Origin: Bacteroidota bacterium
GTDB taxonomy: Bacteria > Bacteroidota > Bacteroidia > Chitinophagales > Chitinophagaceae
Length of the DNA: 64,000 bases
Assembly (NCBI GenBank): GCA_014190475.1
Contig: BJGL01000001.1
Span: 9,870-73,869, forward strand
Direction of reading: 5' to 3'
In this document: positions 8,338 to 18,160 of the stretch, piece after piece
Position numbering within the stretch: position 1 is the stretch's first letter
Layout: the number at the start of each line of letters is the position of its first letter
Program-made: the position numbers and the translations under genes
The notes under the pieces: model-generated
What the model was told of the DNA's origin: nothing
The model's input: only the letters and a program-made list of their open reading frames with translations
The model's database searches: none

Positions 8338-10110
8338 ATGATGAATCGTGTCCTTGTTTTGTTTTTATGTGTTGCAATGAGTGGTTTAGTTGCAAATGCT
8401 CAAACTATCCAAGAAGGAAAAACTCATTTTTTTGCACAGCGATACCAGCTGGCCAATGCTGTTTTTCAGCAATTGCTTAAGACCAATCCCGCTGATGCAG
8501 AGGCTTTATACTGGGGTGGACAATCCGCAATCAGTCTGGAATTGGATTCTGCTCGTAAACCTGCTGTTGCCAGAGCCTGGTACGATAAGGCCATGCAAAC
8601 GGCAGCCGCTTCACCCTTAGTACAGGTGGGTGCCGGACAAGCTGATCTTTATGAAAATAAGATCAATGAGGCCCGTCAGAAATTTGAATCTGCATTGACA
8701 CAAACTCGTACCCGCAAAGGGGATAATGCAGATATCTTAATTGCAATTGCCCGCGCTAATACAGATGCTCCGTTTCATGATTTAGAAACCATTATTGCAA
8801 AAATCAACGCGCAGTTCGAAAAGGGTGAAAAAAACGCTGAGCTCTACCTCATGCAGGGAAATGCCATCCGTAAAGCAAGACCTGGTGAGGGAGGTGGTGA
8901 AGCTTTTAGAAATTATCAGGAGGCGCTCAAACTCAATCCAAACTATGCATTGGCCAGTTACCGGCTAGCTCGTTTGTTCGATTCGCAAAAAAACTGGGAA
9001 ATGGTATCTCAGTACCTAAATGAGTGTGTGCAAAAGGATCCAAATTTTACACCTGCATACTACGAACTATTCTACTATTATTTCTACCGCAGGGATTATG
9101 CAACAGCGGAAGAGCAACTAAAAAAGTTTATTGCCACCAAACAGCCTGAAAAAGATATTCAGGACGAATTTCTTTACTCACAATTGTGTTGGGCACGTGG
9201 TGATTTCAATTGTGCTATCACAAAATCAGAGTCCGTGCTGTCCGCCCTGGGTGAAAACACCAAACCCCGCGTTTTTCGTTTATTATCTGATGCTTACTTT
9301 CAAGTAGGTGATACGTTACAAAAGCAGGGTAATACCGAAGGGGCTGCCGCTTCTTTTGCCAACGCAAAAAAATACAGTGATCGTTTTTTTGGTAAAACAG
9401 GAGAGGAGGGCGATGCGGTAATCCTTTACGATTATCAATTGCGTGCTGAAATATTGGACAAAACTGGTGGTACTCCAGAGGAAATTTCAGCCACTTATCT
9501 GCGTGCTACCCGGGTAGATACATTATACAACCTTAAGGTTGACCTTTTAAAGAAAGGGGCTGACCGTTTTAAAGCCAAGGGAGACAGCCTCAGCCGTGTA
9601 TTGGAAGGGGTGCTGCGTACAGAAGTTATAAAAGTGAAGCCCACGCCAAGCAATCGTGATTATTTTGACGCCGGTTTTGCCTTTTATCAGGGTAAAGATT
9701 ACACGCGTGCGGACAGTATTTTTGCCATCTATGTTACAAAGTATCCTGATGAATCTTTTGGATACATGATGCAGTATAACATTCAACGGGCAATCGATAC
9801 AGCCATGGAAAAAGGGTTAGCAGTTCCGTGGGCTGTCAAGTACCTGGAATTTCTGGAGAAGGATACTGTAAAAAACAAAAAGAATATTATTGGGGTGGCT
9901 GCTTACCTGGCGGCCTATAATGCCAATATCTTAAAGGATAAGGACAAAGCACTTCAATATTTGCGTAGGATGTTGTCATTGGATCCAACTAATGCTGCCA
10001 TCCAACAGAATATATCAGTGCTTGAAAAGGCTCCAGCCAACAAGCCTGAGCCCCCCAAAGAGGCGGCTCCAGCTAACCAGCCAGCCAAGCCTACCGGAAA
10101 TACGCCCTGA
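8338..10110 (+). CDS. secreted tetratricopeptide-repeat protein
   Basis: Signal peptide (LVANA|QT). Multiple TPR-like A/Y/L-periodic helices (e.g. AFRNYQEALKLNPNYALASYRLARLF). Pro/Ala-rich C-terminus. Confidence 0.7.
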   Translation: MMNRVLVLFLCVAMSGLVANAQTIQEGKTHFFAQRYQLANAVFQQLLKTNPADAEALYWGGQSAISLELDSARKPAVARAWYDKAMQTAAASPLVQVGAGQADLYENKINEARQKFESALTQTRTRKGDNADILIAIARANTDAPFHDLETIIAKINAQFEKGEKNAELYLMQGNAIRKARPGEGGGEAFRNYQEALKLNPNYALASYRLARLFDSQKNWEMVSQYLNECVQKDPNFTPAYYELFYYYFYRRDYATAEEQLKKFIATKQPEKDIQDEFLYSQLCWARGDFNCAITKSESVLSALGENTKPRVFRLLSDAYFQVGDTLQKQGNTEGAAASFANAKKYSDRFFGKTGEEGDAVILYDYQLRAEILDKTGGTPEEISATYLRATRVDTLYNLKVDLLKKGADRFKAKGDSLSRVLEGVLRTEVIKVKPTPSNRDYFDAGFAFYQGKDYTRADSIFAIYVTKYPDESFGYMMQYNIQRAIDTAMEKGLAVPWAVKYLEFLEKDTVKNKKNIIGVAAYLAAYNANILKDKDKALQYLRRMLSLDPTNAAIQQNISVLEKAPANKPEPPKEAAPANQPAKPTGNTP

Positions 10111-10147
10111 CCCCCTTAAAACATAAGGTTTTCTGATGCCCTCACCC

Positions 10148-10155
10148 TAACTTTG
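10148..10155 (+). promoter_or_regulatory. candidate -7 promoter box (TAACTTTG) of the nuo operon
   Basis: Perfect TAnnTTTG, 19 nt upstream of the nuoA ATG, in the 64-bp gap after the TPR gene. Confidence 0.4.
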
Positions 10156-10174
10156 CGGCCAATAAAAAAGGGCT

Positions 10175-10570
10175 ATGTTCTATTTGCTGCAGGCAGGTGC
10201 TTCTTCTTCTAGTGCAACCACTTATCTGCCCCTTGCTCTACAGGTCCTGATCGCAGTGGGGTTAGTGGTTTTTTTGATGGTCCTGACACATCTGTTAGGC
10301 CCCAGTCGTAAAACTTCCGATAAGCTTCAAAATTTTACAAGTGGTATCGAATCACATGGCGATGCCAGACAGCCTATGGCTATCAAGTATTTTCTGACTG
10401 CTATTCTTTTTGTGTTATTTGATGTGGAGGTGATTTTCTTCTATCCTTACGCGGTGAATATACAAGGATTGGGATGGTCAGGCTTTTGGGCCGTGTTATT
10501 GTTTGTAGGTTTTTTCCTTTGTGGTTTTCTATACATCGTCAAGAAGGGTGCGTTGAATTGGGAAGATTAA
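10175..10570 (+). CDS. nuoA: NADH-quinone oxidoreductase subunit A
   Basis: 131 aa, 3 TM, ND3-type FDVEVIFFYPYA motif. First gene of the nuoA-N series. Confidence 0.9.
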   Translation: MFYLLQAGASSSSATTYLPLALQVLIAVGLVVFLMVLTHLLGPSRKTSDKLQNFTSGIESHGDARQPMAIKYFLTAILFVLFDVEVIFFYPYAVNIQGLGWSGFWAVLLFVGFFLCGFLYIVKKGALNWED

Positions 10571-10618
10571 CGGTTTTGTAATCAACTGATCGCCTCCCTA
10601 CTTGTTATTTATAAAAAT

Positions 10619-11212
10619 GTGTTGAATATGAGTCGTCCGGTTTCTTACAATTTGGTTCAAAAGCCGCTGGAAAAAGATATCAGCGTAGCACCCCTGCCCG
10701 ATGGACACCAAGGAGAGGGTTTTTTTGCAACTTCACTGGATAGCGTAATTGGACTTGCCCGTAAAAATTCCATTTGGCCCCTTCCATTTGCCACATCCTG
10801 TTGTGGTATTGAATTCATGGCTACGATGGGTTCCCATTATGATTTAGCACGCTTTGGATCTGAACGAGTTGGTTTTTCGCCTCGTCAATGTGATCTGTTG
10901 ATGGTCATGGGCACCATTGCAAAAAAAATGGGACCTGTAGTTCGGCAGGTTTATTTGCAGATGGCTGAACCCCGATGGGTCATTGCAGTAGGCGCATGCG
11001 CCAGCAGCGGAGGAATATTCGATACATACAGTGTATTGCAAGGGATCGATCAGGTAGTACCTGTTGACGTATATGTACCGGGTTGTCCTCCTCGTCCGGA
11101 GGCCATTATCGATGGAGTATTGCGTATACAGGATCTAGTGGGTAAGGAAAGTCTTCGCAGGCGCAATAGCGAACATTATAAAGCGCTTCTCAACAGTTAC
11201 GGAATTCAATAA
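10619..11212 (+). CDS. nuoB: NADH-quinone oxidoreductase subunit B
   Basis: Cluster N2 ligand motifs [16 protein letters not shown] and [12 protein letters not shown] start at 10619, or ATG at 10628. Confidence 0.95.
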   Translation: MLNMSRPVSYNLVQKPLEKDISVAPLPDGHQGEGFFATSLDSVIGLARKNSIWPLPFATSCCGIEFMATMGSHYDLARFGSERVGFSPRQCDLLMVMGTIAKKMGPVVRQVYLQMAEPRWVIAVGACASSGGIFDTYSVLQGIDQVVPVDVYVPGCPPRPEAIIDGVLRIQDLVGKESLRRRNSEHYKALLNSYGIQ

Positions 11213-11226
11213 ATGATTTTCATCGT

Positions 11227-11745
11227 ATGGCTTTGACTAACGATACAATACAACAGCGGCTGCAGGAAAAATTTGGGGAAAGTGTATTTGCTTTTCGTGA
11301 TAGTCACGGCATGCTGGAGTTTGCTGCGCCAAAGGAGTTGAATCTGAAGGTGCTCAATTTTCTTTACGACGATGCGGCACTTCAATTTCAATTTCTAACC
11401 GATTTGACGGGGGTGCATTACCCCTCCAATAAGGGAGGTGAGTTGGCTGTTGTCTATCATTTACACAGCCTGAAAGAAAATGCAAGACTCCGCTTTAAAA
11501 TATTTGTTCCAATTGAGCAACCAGAGGTATACACCGCTACTGGATTATTCTCCGCTGCTAATTGGATGGAGCGGGAGACCTATGACTTTTTTGGTATTCT
11601 ATTTGTGGGTCATCCTAATTTAAAGCGGATTCTGAATGTGGATGAGATGGATTATTTCCCGTTACGCAAGGAATTTCCGTTAGAAGACCAGACTCGCATT
11701 GATAAGGACGACGAAATGTTTGGACGAGGGGGAACAATAAAATAA
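11227..11745 (+). CDS. nuoC: NADH-quinone oxidoreductase subunit C
   Basis: 30-kDa subunit signature ERETYDFFGI. Encoded separately from nuoD. Confidence 0.9.
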   Translation: MALTNDTIQQRLQEKFGESVFAFRDSHGMLEFAAPKELNLKVLNFLYDDAALQFQFLTDLTGVHYPSNKGGELAVVYHLHSLKENARLRFKIFVPIEQPEVYTATGLFSAANWMERETYDFFGILFVGHPNLKRILNVDEMDYFPLRKEFPLEDQTRIDKDDEMFGRGGTIK

Positions 11746-11765
11746 ACTGATTGACGCGATAGTAT

Positions 11766-12989
11766 ATGAGTGAACAGCATATCAAATTACCCGAGGGCTC
11801 CATTGAGAAAACAACCACCACGCTCAATCTGGGGCCTACGCATCCGGCCACACACGGGGTGATGCAAAATATCCTGGAGTTGGATGGAGAAAGAATTGTA
11901 TCGGCTGATCAAACTATCGGCTATATCCATCGGGCCTTTGAAAAATTAGCTGAGCGACGTCCGCTTGCTCAAATTACAACGCTTACAGATCGATTGAATT
12001 ATTGCTCTGCACCGCTCAATAATATGGGTTGGCATATGACCTGCGAAAAGTTATTAGGAGTGCAGACTCCCAAGCGGGTAGATTATTTGCGTGTTATCAT
12101 GATGGAGCTGGCCCGCATTGCAGACCATTTGATTTGTAATTCAATCATGGGAGTAGATGCCGGTGCTTATACGGGCTTCTTGTATGTGATGCAGTATCGG
12201 GAATTGATTTATGAAATTTACGAGGAAGTTTGTGGAGCGCGCCTAACCACAAACATGGGTAGAATTGGTGGTTTTGAGCGCAACTTTACTGATAAAGCTT
12301 TTCAAAAGCTGGAGAAATTTTTAGAGGAATATCCCCGTGCACTGAAGGAGTTTGAGAACATGTTCCAGCGCAACCGAATTTTTATGGATCGCACAATGGG
12401 TGTAGGAGGAATTTCAGCCGAGCGTGCGTTGAATTATGGATTTACAGGGCCTAACCTTCGTGCAGCTGGTGTTGATTATGATGTCCGTGTACAAAGTCCT
12501 TATTCCAGTTACCAGGATTTTGATTTTATCATTCCAGTTGGGTCTACTGGGGATTGTTATGATCGTTGGTTAGTTCGTGAGCAGGAAATGTGGCAGAGCT
12601 TATCGATTCTTGGTCAGGCTTATCAAAAAATTCAATCGTTCAAAGGAGCAGAGGCAGACGTATATCACGCAGATGCACCTGCCTATTACCTGCCTGAGAA
12701 AAAGGATGTATACACCAAAATGGAAGCCCTGATCTATCACTTTAAGATTATCATGGGTGAAACTGAAATTCCCGCGGGAGAAGTATATCACTCGATTGAA
12801 GCGGGGAATGGTGAATTAGGATTTTATTTGATTAGTGACGGCGGACGTTCTCCTTATCGTTTACATTTTCGCCGTCCCTGTTTTATTTACTACCAGGCTT
12901 ATGAGGAGTTGGTCAAAGGTTCTATGTTGAGTGATGCCATCATGACTATGAGTAGTTTGAATTTGATTGCTGGAGAAATGGATGCTTAA
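11766..12989 (+). CDS. nuoD: NADH-quinone oxidoreductase subunit D
   Basis: 49-kDa subunit motifs LNLGPTHPATHGV and RIGGFERN-type. 407 aa. Confidence 0.95.
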   Translation: MSEQHIKLPEGSIEKTTTTLNLGPTHPATHGVMQNILELDGERIVSADQTIGYIHRAFEKLAERRPLAQITTLTDRLNYCSAPLNNMGWHMTCEKLLGVQTPKRVDYLRVIMMELARIADHLICNSIMGVDAGAYTGFLYVMQYRELIYEIYEEVCGARLTTNMGRIGGFERNFTDKAFQKLEKFLEEYPRALKEFENMFQRNRIFMDRTMGVGGISAERALNYGFTGPNLRAAGVDYDVRVQSPYSSYQDFDFIIPVGSTGDCYDRWLVREQEMWQSLSILGQAYQKIQSFKGAEADVYHADAPAYYLPEKKDVYTKMEALIYHFKIIMGETEIPAGEVYHSIEAGNGELGFYLISDGGRSPYRLHFRRPCFIYYQAYEELVKGSMLSDAIMTMSSLNLIAGEMDA

Positions 12990-12998
12990 AGTATAAAG

Positions 12999-13502
12999 AT
13001 GAAACTAAGTTTTACAAGCGAGCAATTACAAGAAGTACAGCGGCTGGTGAGTCGTTATCCGGAAGGGCGTGAGAAAAGCGCTCTTATTCCTGTTTTGCAT
13101 CTAGCCCAAGACACATTCGGGGGTTGGTTGAGTACTGAGGTAATGGATTATGTAGCCTCCCTTTTGCAATTGAAGCCCATTGAAGTATATGAAGTGGCTT
13201 CTTTTTATTCCATGTTCAATCTTTCTCCGGTTGGAAAGCATTTGCTGGAGGTTTGTCAAACGGGTCCTTGCATGCTCAATGGCAGTGATTCCATTGTTGA
13301 ATACATCTACCAGCGATTGGGAATTCGTCCAGGTGAAACTACAACAGATGGCCAGTTTACTTTGAAAACTGTAGAGTGTTTGGGAGCCTGTGGTTATGCG
13401 CCGATGTTACAATTGGGAGAACACTACAAAGAGCATTTGACCAAAGAAAAAATTGATGCACTGATTGAATCCTGTTACGCAAAATCAGCCGCACTAAACT
13501 GA
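12999..13502 (+). CDS. nuoE: NADH-quinone oxidoreductase subunit E
   Basis: 24-kDa 2Fe-2S subunit: CQTGPC and CLGACGYAPM. Confidence 0.9.
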   Translation: MKLSFTSEQLQEVQRLVSRYPEGREKSALIPVLHLAQDTFGGWLSTEVMDYVASLLQLKPIEVYEVASFYSMFNLSPVGKHLLEVCQTGPCMLNGSDSIVEYIYQRLGIRPGETTTDGQFTLKTVECLGACGYAPMLQLGEHYKEHLTKEKIDALIESCYAKSAALN

Positions 13503-13510
13503 ATTAAAGA

Positions 13511-14866
13511 ATGGGAAGAAAATTATTATTAGAAAAAGCACACGTCGAGAATATTCGCTCTTACGAGGTTTATCGAAAAGAGGGAGGCTATCGTAGTGTG
13601 GAGAAAGCGCTTAAAACGCTATCGCCCGATCAAGTAACCGAAGAGGTTAAAAAAAGTGGATTGCGTGGTAGAGGTGGTGCGGGCTTTCCTACCGGAATGA
13701 AATGGAGTTTTCTGGCTAAGCCAGAAGGTGTTCCCCGTTACCTGGTGGTGAATGCAGATGAATCAGAGCCGGGTACTTTTAAGGATCGTTATTTGATGGA
13801 GTTCATCCCACACTTATTGATTGAGGGTATGATCACTTCCTCTTATGCGTTAGGTTCTAATCGGTCTTATATCTATATCCGTGGTGAGTATGCCTGGATC
13901 ACCCATATTCTAGAGCAGGCTATTGAAGAGGCTCGTCAACATGGCTGGTTAGGAAAAAATATTTTAGGTAGTGGATTTGATTGCGATATCTATGTGCAAC
14001 GTGGTGCAGGTGCATATATCTGCGGTGAGGAAACGGCGTTATTGGAGTCATTGGAAGGTAAACGCGGTAATCCACGTATCAAGCCTCCTTTCCCTGCTGT
14101 AAAGGGGTTGTGGGGTTGTCCTACCGTAGTTAACAACGTGGAAACTGTTGCTGCGTTAGTGCCCATCATTAATGAGGGCGGTGAGGAGTATGCAAAAATT
14201 GGAGTTGGAAAATCTACAGGTACCAAACTTATCTCCGCATGCGGCAATATCAATAAGCCAGGCGTTTATGAAATTGATATGACCATATCGGTCGAGGAGT
14301 TCATTTACTCTGATGAATATTGTGGTGGCATTCCACAAGGAAAAAAATTGAAAGCCTGTATTCCAGGCGGTTCTTCCGTTCCCATTCTTCCTGCTAATTT
14401 ATTGTTGAAAACAGCCAAAGGCGAAACGCGGATGATGAACTATGAGAGTTTGGCTGACGGAGGATTTGCTTCTGGATCTATGATGGGGTCCGGTGGTTTT
14501 ATTGTAATCGACGACAGTCAGTGTGTGGTTCGTCATACCTATACACTTGCTCGTTTTTACAGACATGAAAGTTGTGGACAGTGTTCGCCTTGCCGAGAGG
14601 GCACTGGTTGGATGGAAAAAATTCTTTGGAATCTTGAAACTGGTAAGGGATGTTCCAGTGATATCGATCTACTCTGGGATATCCAGCGTAAGATAGAAGG
14701 GAATACCATTTGTCCGTTAGGCGACGCGGCGGCTTGGCCAGTAGCTGCTGCGATCCGTCATTTTAGAGACGAGTTTGAATGGCATGTTACTCATCCGGAG
14801 GAAGCACAAAAGCGCAATTTCGGATTGGCACACTATGCGGATCCGCTGACTGCACCTGTGGCTTAA
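13511..14866 (+). CDS. nuoF: NADH-quinone oxidoreductase subunit F
   Basis: FMN/NADH site GLRGRGGAGFPTGMKW and N3 cluster ESCGQCSPCREG. Confidence 0.95.
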   Translation: MGRKLLLEKAHVENIRSYEVYRKEGGYRSVEKALKTLSPDQVTEEVKKSGLRGRGGAGFPTGMKWSFLAKPEGVPRYLVVNADESEPGTFKDRYLMEFIPHLLIEGMITSSYALGSNRSYIYIRGEYAWITHILEQAIEEARQHGWLGKNILGSGFDCDIYVQRGAGAYICGEETALLESLEGKRGNPRIKPPFPAVKGLWGCPTVVNNVETVAALVPIINEGGEEYAKIGVGKSTGTKLISACGNINKPGVYEIDMTISVEEFIYSDEYCGGIPQGKKLKACIPGGSSVPILPANLLLKTAKGETRMMNYESLADGGFASGSMMGSGGFIVIDDSQCVVRHTYTLARFYRHESCGQCSPCREGTGWMEKILWNLETGKGCSSDIDLLWDIQRKIEGNTICPLGDAAAWPVAAAIRHFRDEFEWHVTHPEEAQKRNFGLAHYADPLTAPVA

Positions 14867-14886
14867 TGGTTGAATAAAAAAAGAAA

Positions 14887-16017
14887 TTGATTATGGCAGA
14901 CGAAATAAAAAAAGCACCGGCCCCATTAAAGGTAACCATCGACAATATCACGGTTGAGGTTCCTGCCGGGACTACTATTTTAAATGCCGCTCGGCAAATT
15001 GGCGGAGATGTTACTCCACCAGCCATGTGTTATTATAGTAAACTAGAGGGAAGTGGTGGTAAGTGTAGAACTTGTTTGGTGGAAGTAGCGGCTGGATCTG
15101 CTGCTGATCCTCGTCCAATGCCCAAGTTAGTTGCGAGTTGTCGCACGACAGTGATGGATGGAATGGTTGTAAAAAATATTACAAGCGAAAGAGTACAAGA
15201 GGCGCGTGCCGGCGTTGTTGAATTTTTATTGCTCAATCATCCATTGGATTGTCCGGTTTGTGATCAAGCAGGAGAATGTCATTTACAAGATTTAGGATAC
15301 GAACATGGTAAAGAGGGTACTCGATACCAATTTGACCGTCGAACTTTTGAAAAAGAAGATATTGGACCTACGATACAGCTGCATATGAATCGTTGTATTC
15401 TTTGTTATCGCTGTACGTACGTGGCGGATCAACTGACTGATAATCGGGTACATGGAGTATTGGATCGCGGTGATCATGCAAATATTTCCACGCATATCTC
15501 AAAGGCAATCGATAATAACTTTAGTGGCAACATGATTGATGTTTGTCCAGTAGGGGCTTTGACCGACAAAACATTCCGTTTCAAAAACCGGGTTTGGTTC
15601 ACTAAGCCGGTGGATGCACATCGCGATTGTCCTGATTGTTGCGGCAAGGTTACATTATGGCAGCGTGGGGACGAAGTATTGCGTGTGACAGCTCGTAAAG
15701 ATGAGTGGGGTGAGGTACAGTCTTATGAGGGTAAGCCAGGATGGATATGCAATACCTGCCGTTTTGAAAAGAAAGCAGCAACTGATTGGGTGATTGAAGG
15801 GCCAACTTCCATCAATCGTCACTCTGTGATTTCACAGGGGCATTATTTGGGTTTACAAAAACCAAAAGAGACTATTCAGGAAGTAATGGGCGGGCTGAAC
15901 CCACGCTTACTCATGGATATTCATGACGTAAGTGAGGTAAACAAACTAGAATTGAGTCAACTGCCCGGTGCTGCCACCAGTGCTAATTATAAAAACGAAT
16001 CAACTAAATCAGAATAA
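14887..16017 (+). CDS. nuoG: NADH-quinone oxidoreductase subunit G, short form (376 aa)
   Basis: N-terminal 2Fe-2S Cys set (CYY...CRTCLVEV...C), HPLDCPVCDQAGEC, CILCYRC and CPVGAL. Ends after a CPDCC...CNTC segment, with no molybdopterin-like domain. Confidence 0.9.
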   Translation: MIMADEIKKAPAPLKVTIDNITVEVPAGTTILNAARQIGGDVTPPAMCYYSKLEGSGGKCRTCLVEVAAGSAADPRPMPKLVASCRTTVMDGMVVKNITSERVQEARAGVVEFLLLNHPLDCPVCDQAGECHLQDLGYEHGKEGTRYQFDRRTFEKEDIGPTIQLHMNRCILCYRCTYVADQLTDNRVHGVLDRGDHANISTHISKAIDNNFSGNMIDVCPVGALTDKTFRFKNRVWFTKPVDAHRDCPDCCGKVTLWQRGDEVLRVTARKDEWGEVQSYEGKPGWICNTCRFEKKAATDWVIEGPTSINRHSVISQGHYLGLQKPKETIQEVMGGLNPRLLMDIHDVSEVNKLELSQLPGAATSANYKNESTKSE

Positions 16018-17066
16018 TGGTGATAGGTGCTGTTACATTATGGTTTATACTGGAAAAAGTCATTTTGATTGCTTCCATCATTGGGCTGTCATTTTTTATA
16101 GCCATGTACACCACGTTAGCCGAAAGAAAGATTGCAGGTTGGATGCAGGATCGTCACGGGCCTAATCGAGCGGGTCCCTTTGGTATTTTGCAGCCACTCG
16201 CTGATGGCGGTAAATTGTTTTTTAAAGAAGAAATCACCCCTGTTACCTCTAATCGATTTTTATTTTTACTCGGGCCTGCGCTAGCCATGATAGTAGCGTT
16301 GGTTACAAGTACCGTCATTCCCTGGGGTGCACCGGTTGTAACTAGTACGGGTATCATTTCTCTTCAGGTTGCTGATGTAGATATGGGCATCTTGATTGTA
16401 TTCAGTGTGGTCAGTGTTGGGGTGTATGGCATTATGATTGGAGGGTGGGCCTCTAATAATAAATTTTCATTGCTTGCTGCCATACGCGGTGCTTCACAGA
16501 TGGTATCGTATGAATTGCCCATGAGTTTGGCATTGATTGCTGTGTTGTTTATGACGGGCTCTTTAAAGATGAGTGAAATCGTGTCGTATCAAATGGCTAA
16601 TGGATGGAATATCATCTATCAACCACTCGGTTTTTTGATATTTTTTATTTGTGCACTGGCCGAATGTAACCGTACGCCTTTTGACTTGCCTGAGGCTGAG
16701 AACGAATTGAACTTCGGCTATCATCAGGAGTATTCCTCGATGAAGTTGGGTTTTTATCTTTTTGCGGAGTACATCAATATGTTTGTTAGCAGTGCGGTCA
16801 TGGCTACCTTGTTTTTAGGTGGCTATGATATTCCTTTTGTCAATGAAGCCAATTGGGGGCTAGCGCCCTGGTTGTATTCATTGATTAGTTTTAGCGTGTT
16901 GATGGCAAAAGTTAGCTTTTTGCTTTTTGTATTTATTTGGATTCGTTGGACTATTCCTCGTTTCCGCTACGATCAATTAATGAATCTGGGCTGGCGTAAA
17001 TTAATACCGCTGGCACTTTTTAATATGGTATTGAGTGCGGCTATTTTATTATGGCTTAAATCATAA
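16017..17066 (+). CDS. nuoH: NADH-quinone oxidoreductase subunit H
   Basis: ND1-type AERKIAGWMQDRHGPNR and multiple TM helices. Its start shares 1 nt with the nuoG stop (TAATG). Confidence 0.95.
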   Translation: MVIGAVTLWFILEKVILIASIIGLSFFIAMYTTLAERKIAGWMQDRHGPNRAGPFGILQPLADGGKLFFKEEITPVTSNRFLFLLGPALAMIVALVTSTVIPWGAPVVTSTGIISLQVADVDMGILIVFSVVSVGVYGIMIGGWASNNKFSLLAAIRGASQMVSYELPMSLALIAVLFMTGSLKMSEIVSYQMANGWNIIYQPLGFLIFFICALAECNRTPFDLPEAENELNFGYHQEYSSMKLGFYLFAEYINMFVSSAVMATLFLGGYDIPFVNEANWGLAPWLYSLISFSVLMAKVSFLLFVFIWIRWTIPRFRYDQLMNLGWRKLIPLALFNMVLSAAILLWLKS

Positions 17067-17086
17067 ACTGAAATGTGTAACTGACT

Positions 17087-17653
17087 ATGCAACTCACACA
17101 ACGAGCAAAACCGGTAGATCGCAGTCCCATGACTTTTTTGGAAAGTCTGTATCTGTGGAATATAATTAAGGGGATGGGCATTACCCTCAAGCACATGTTC
17201 CTTAAAAAAGCCACTATTCAGTATCCAGAGGAAAAGCGTCCTTTCTCACCTGTGTTTCGCGGCTTACATGTATTGAATCGGGATGCGGAGGGGCGTGAAA
17301 ATTGTACGGCTTGTGGGCTTTGTGCCGTGGCATGTCCTGCGGAAGCTATCACGATGGAGGCAGCAGAAAGAGTGCCTGGTGAAGAGAAATTATACCGCGA
17401 GGAGAAGTACGCGGCTAAGTACGAGATCAACATGCTGCGTTGTATTTTTTGTGGTCTCTGCGAGGAGGCTTGTCCAAAAGATGCTATTTACTTGTCTCAA
17501 ACTTTTGCACCTGCCAACTATGCCCGCAAGGGATTCATTTATGGAAAACAGGAGTTGTTGATTCCTCATCCCGTCGAGCAACCCGAAGCGTACCAAAAGG
17601 CGCTCGGCGATCGTCAACCCGCTTCTAGAAATCAAAATCAACCTGTAGCATGA
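17087..17653 (+). CDS. nuoI: NADH-quinone oxidoreductase subunit I
   Basis: Two 4Fe-4S ferredoxin motifs, CTACGLCAVACP and CIFCGLCEEACP. Confidence 0.95.
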   Translation: MQLTQRAKPVDRSPMTFLESLYLWNIIKGMGITLKHMFLKKATIQYPEEKRPFSPVFRGLHVLNRDAEGRENCTACGLCAVACPAEAITMEAAERVPGEEKLYREEKYAAKYEINMLRCIFCGLCEEACPKDAIYLSQTFAPANYARKGFIYGKQELLIPHPVEQPEAYQKALGDRQPASRNQNQPVA

Positions 17654-18150
17654 GTATTTCCGCTATTTTATTTTGGGTGCTGTCGGTAGCCGCTCTTTTT
17701 AGTGCACTTATGGTGGTAACCAGCCGTAACCCTATTCATAGTGTAATCTGGCTAATTGTTACCTTTTTTGCAATCTCCGGCCATTATATTCTATTGAATG
17801 CCCAGTTTCTGGCCGTAGTAAATATCATTGTCTATGCGGGGGCTATCATGGTGCTTTTTTTATTCGTGATCATGTTAATGAATTTGAATAAGGAAAGTGA
17901 ACCGGCAAGACATCGCTGGCTACAGCTGGCGGGCGGCGTGAGTGGCGGGGCTTTATTGTTGGTGTTAGTAGCCGCACTTAAAGACACAGAGTTAAAATCC
18001 CAGCAATCCTTGATGTTGGAAGGTAATACTGGCCTGATCAAAACGTTGGGGCAGGAATTGTTTTCCAACTATGTAATTCCCTTTGAATTGAGTAGCATCT
18101 TGTTTTTAAGTGCTATGGTGGGAGCGGTATTAATTGGTAAAAAAGATTAA
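17650..18150 (+). CDS. nuoJ: NADH-quinone oxidoreductase subunit J
   Basis: 166-aa ND6-like polytopic protein. ATGA overlap with nuoI. Confidence 0.9.
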   Translation: MSISAILFWVLSVAALFSALMVVTSRNPIHSVIWLIVTFFAISGHYILLNAQFLAVVNIIVYAGAIMVLFLFVIMLMNLNKESEPARHRWLQLAGGVSGGALLLVLVAALKDTELKSQQSLMLEGNTGLIKTLGQELFSNYVIPFELSSILFLSAMVGAVLIGKKD

Positions 18151-18160
18151 TCGGAACAAC

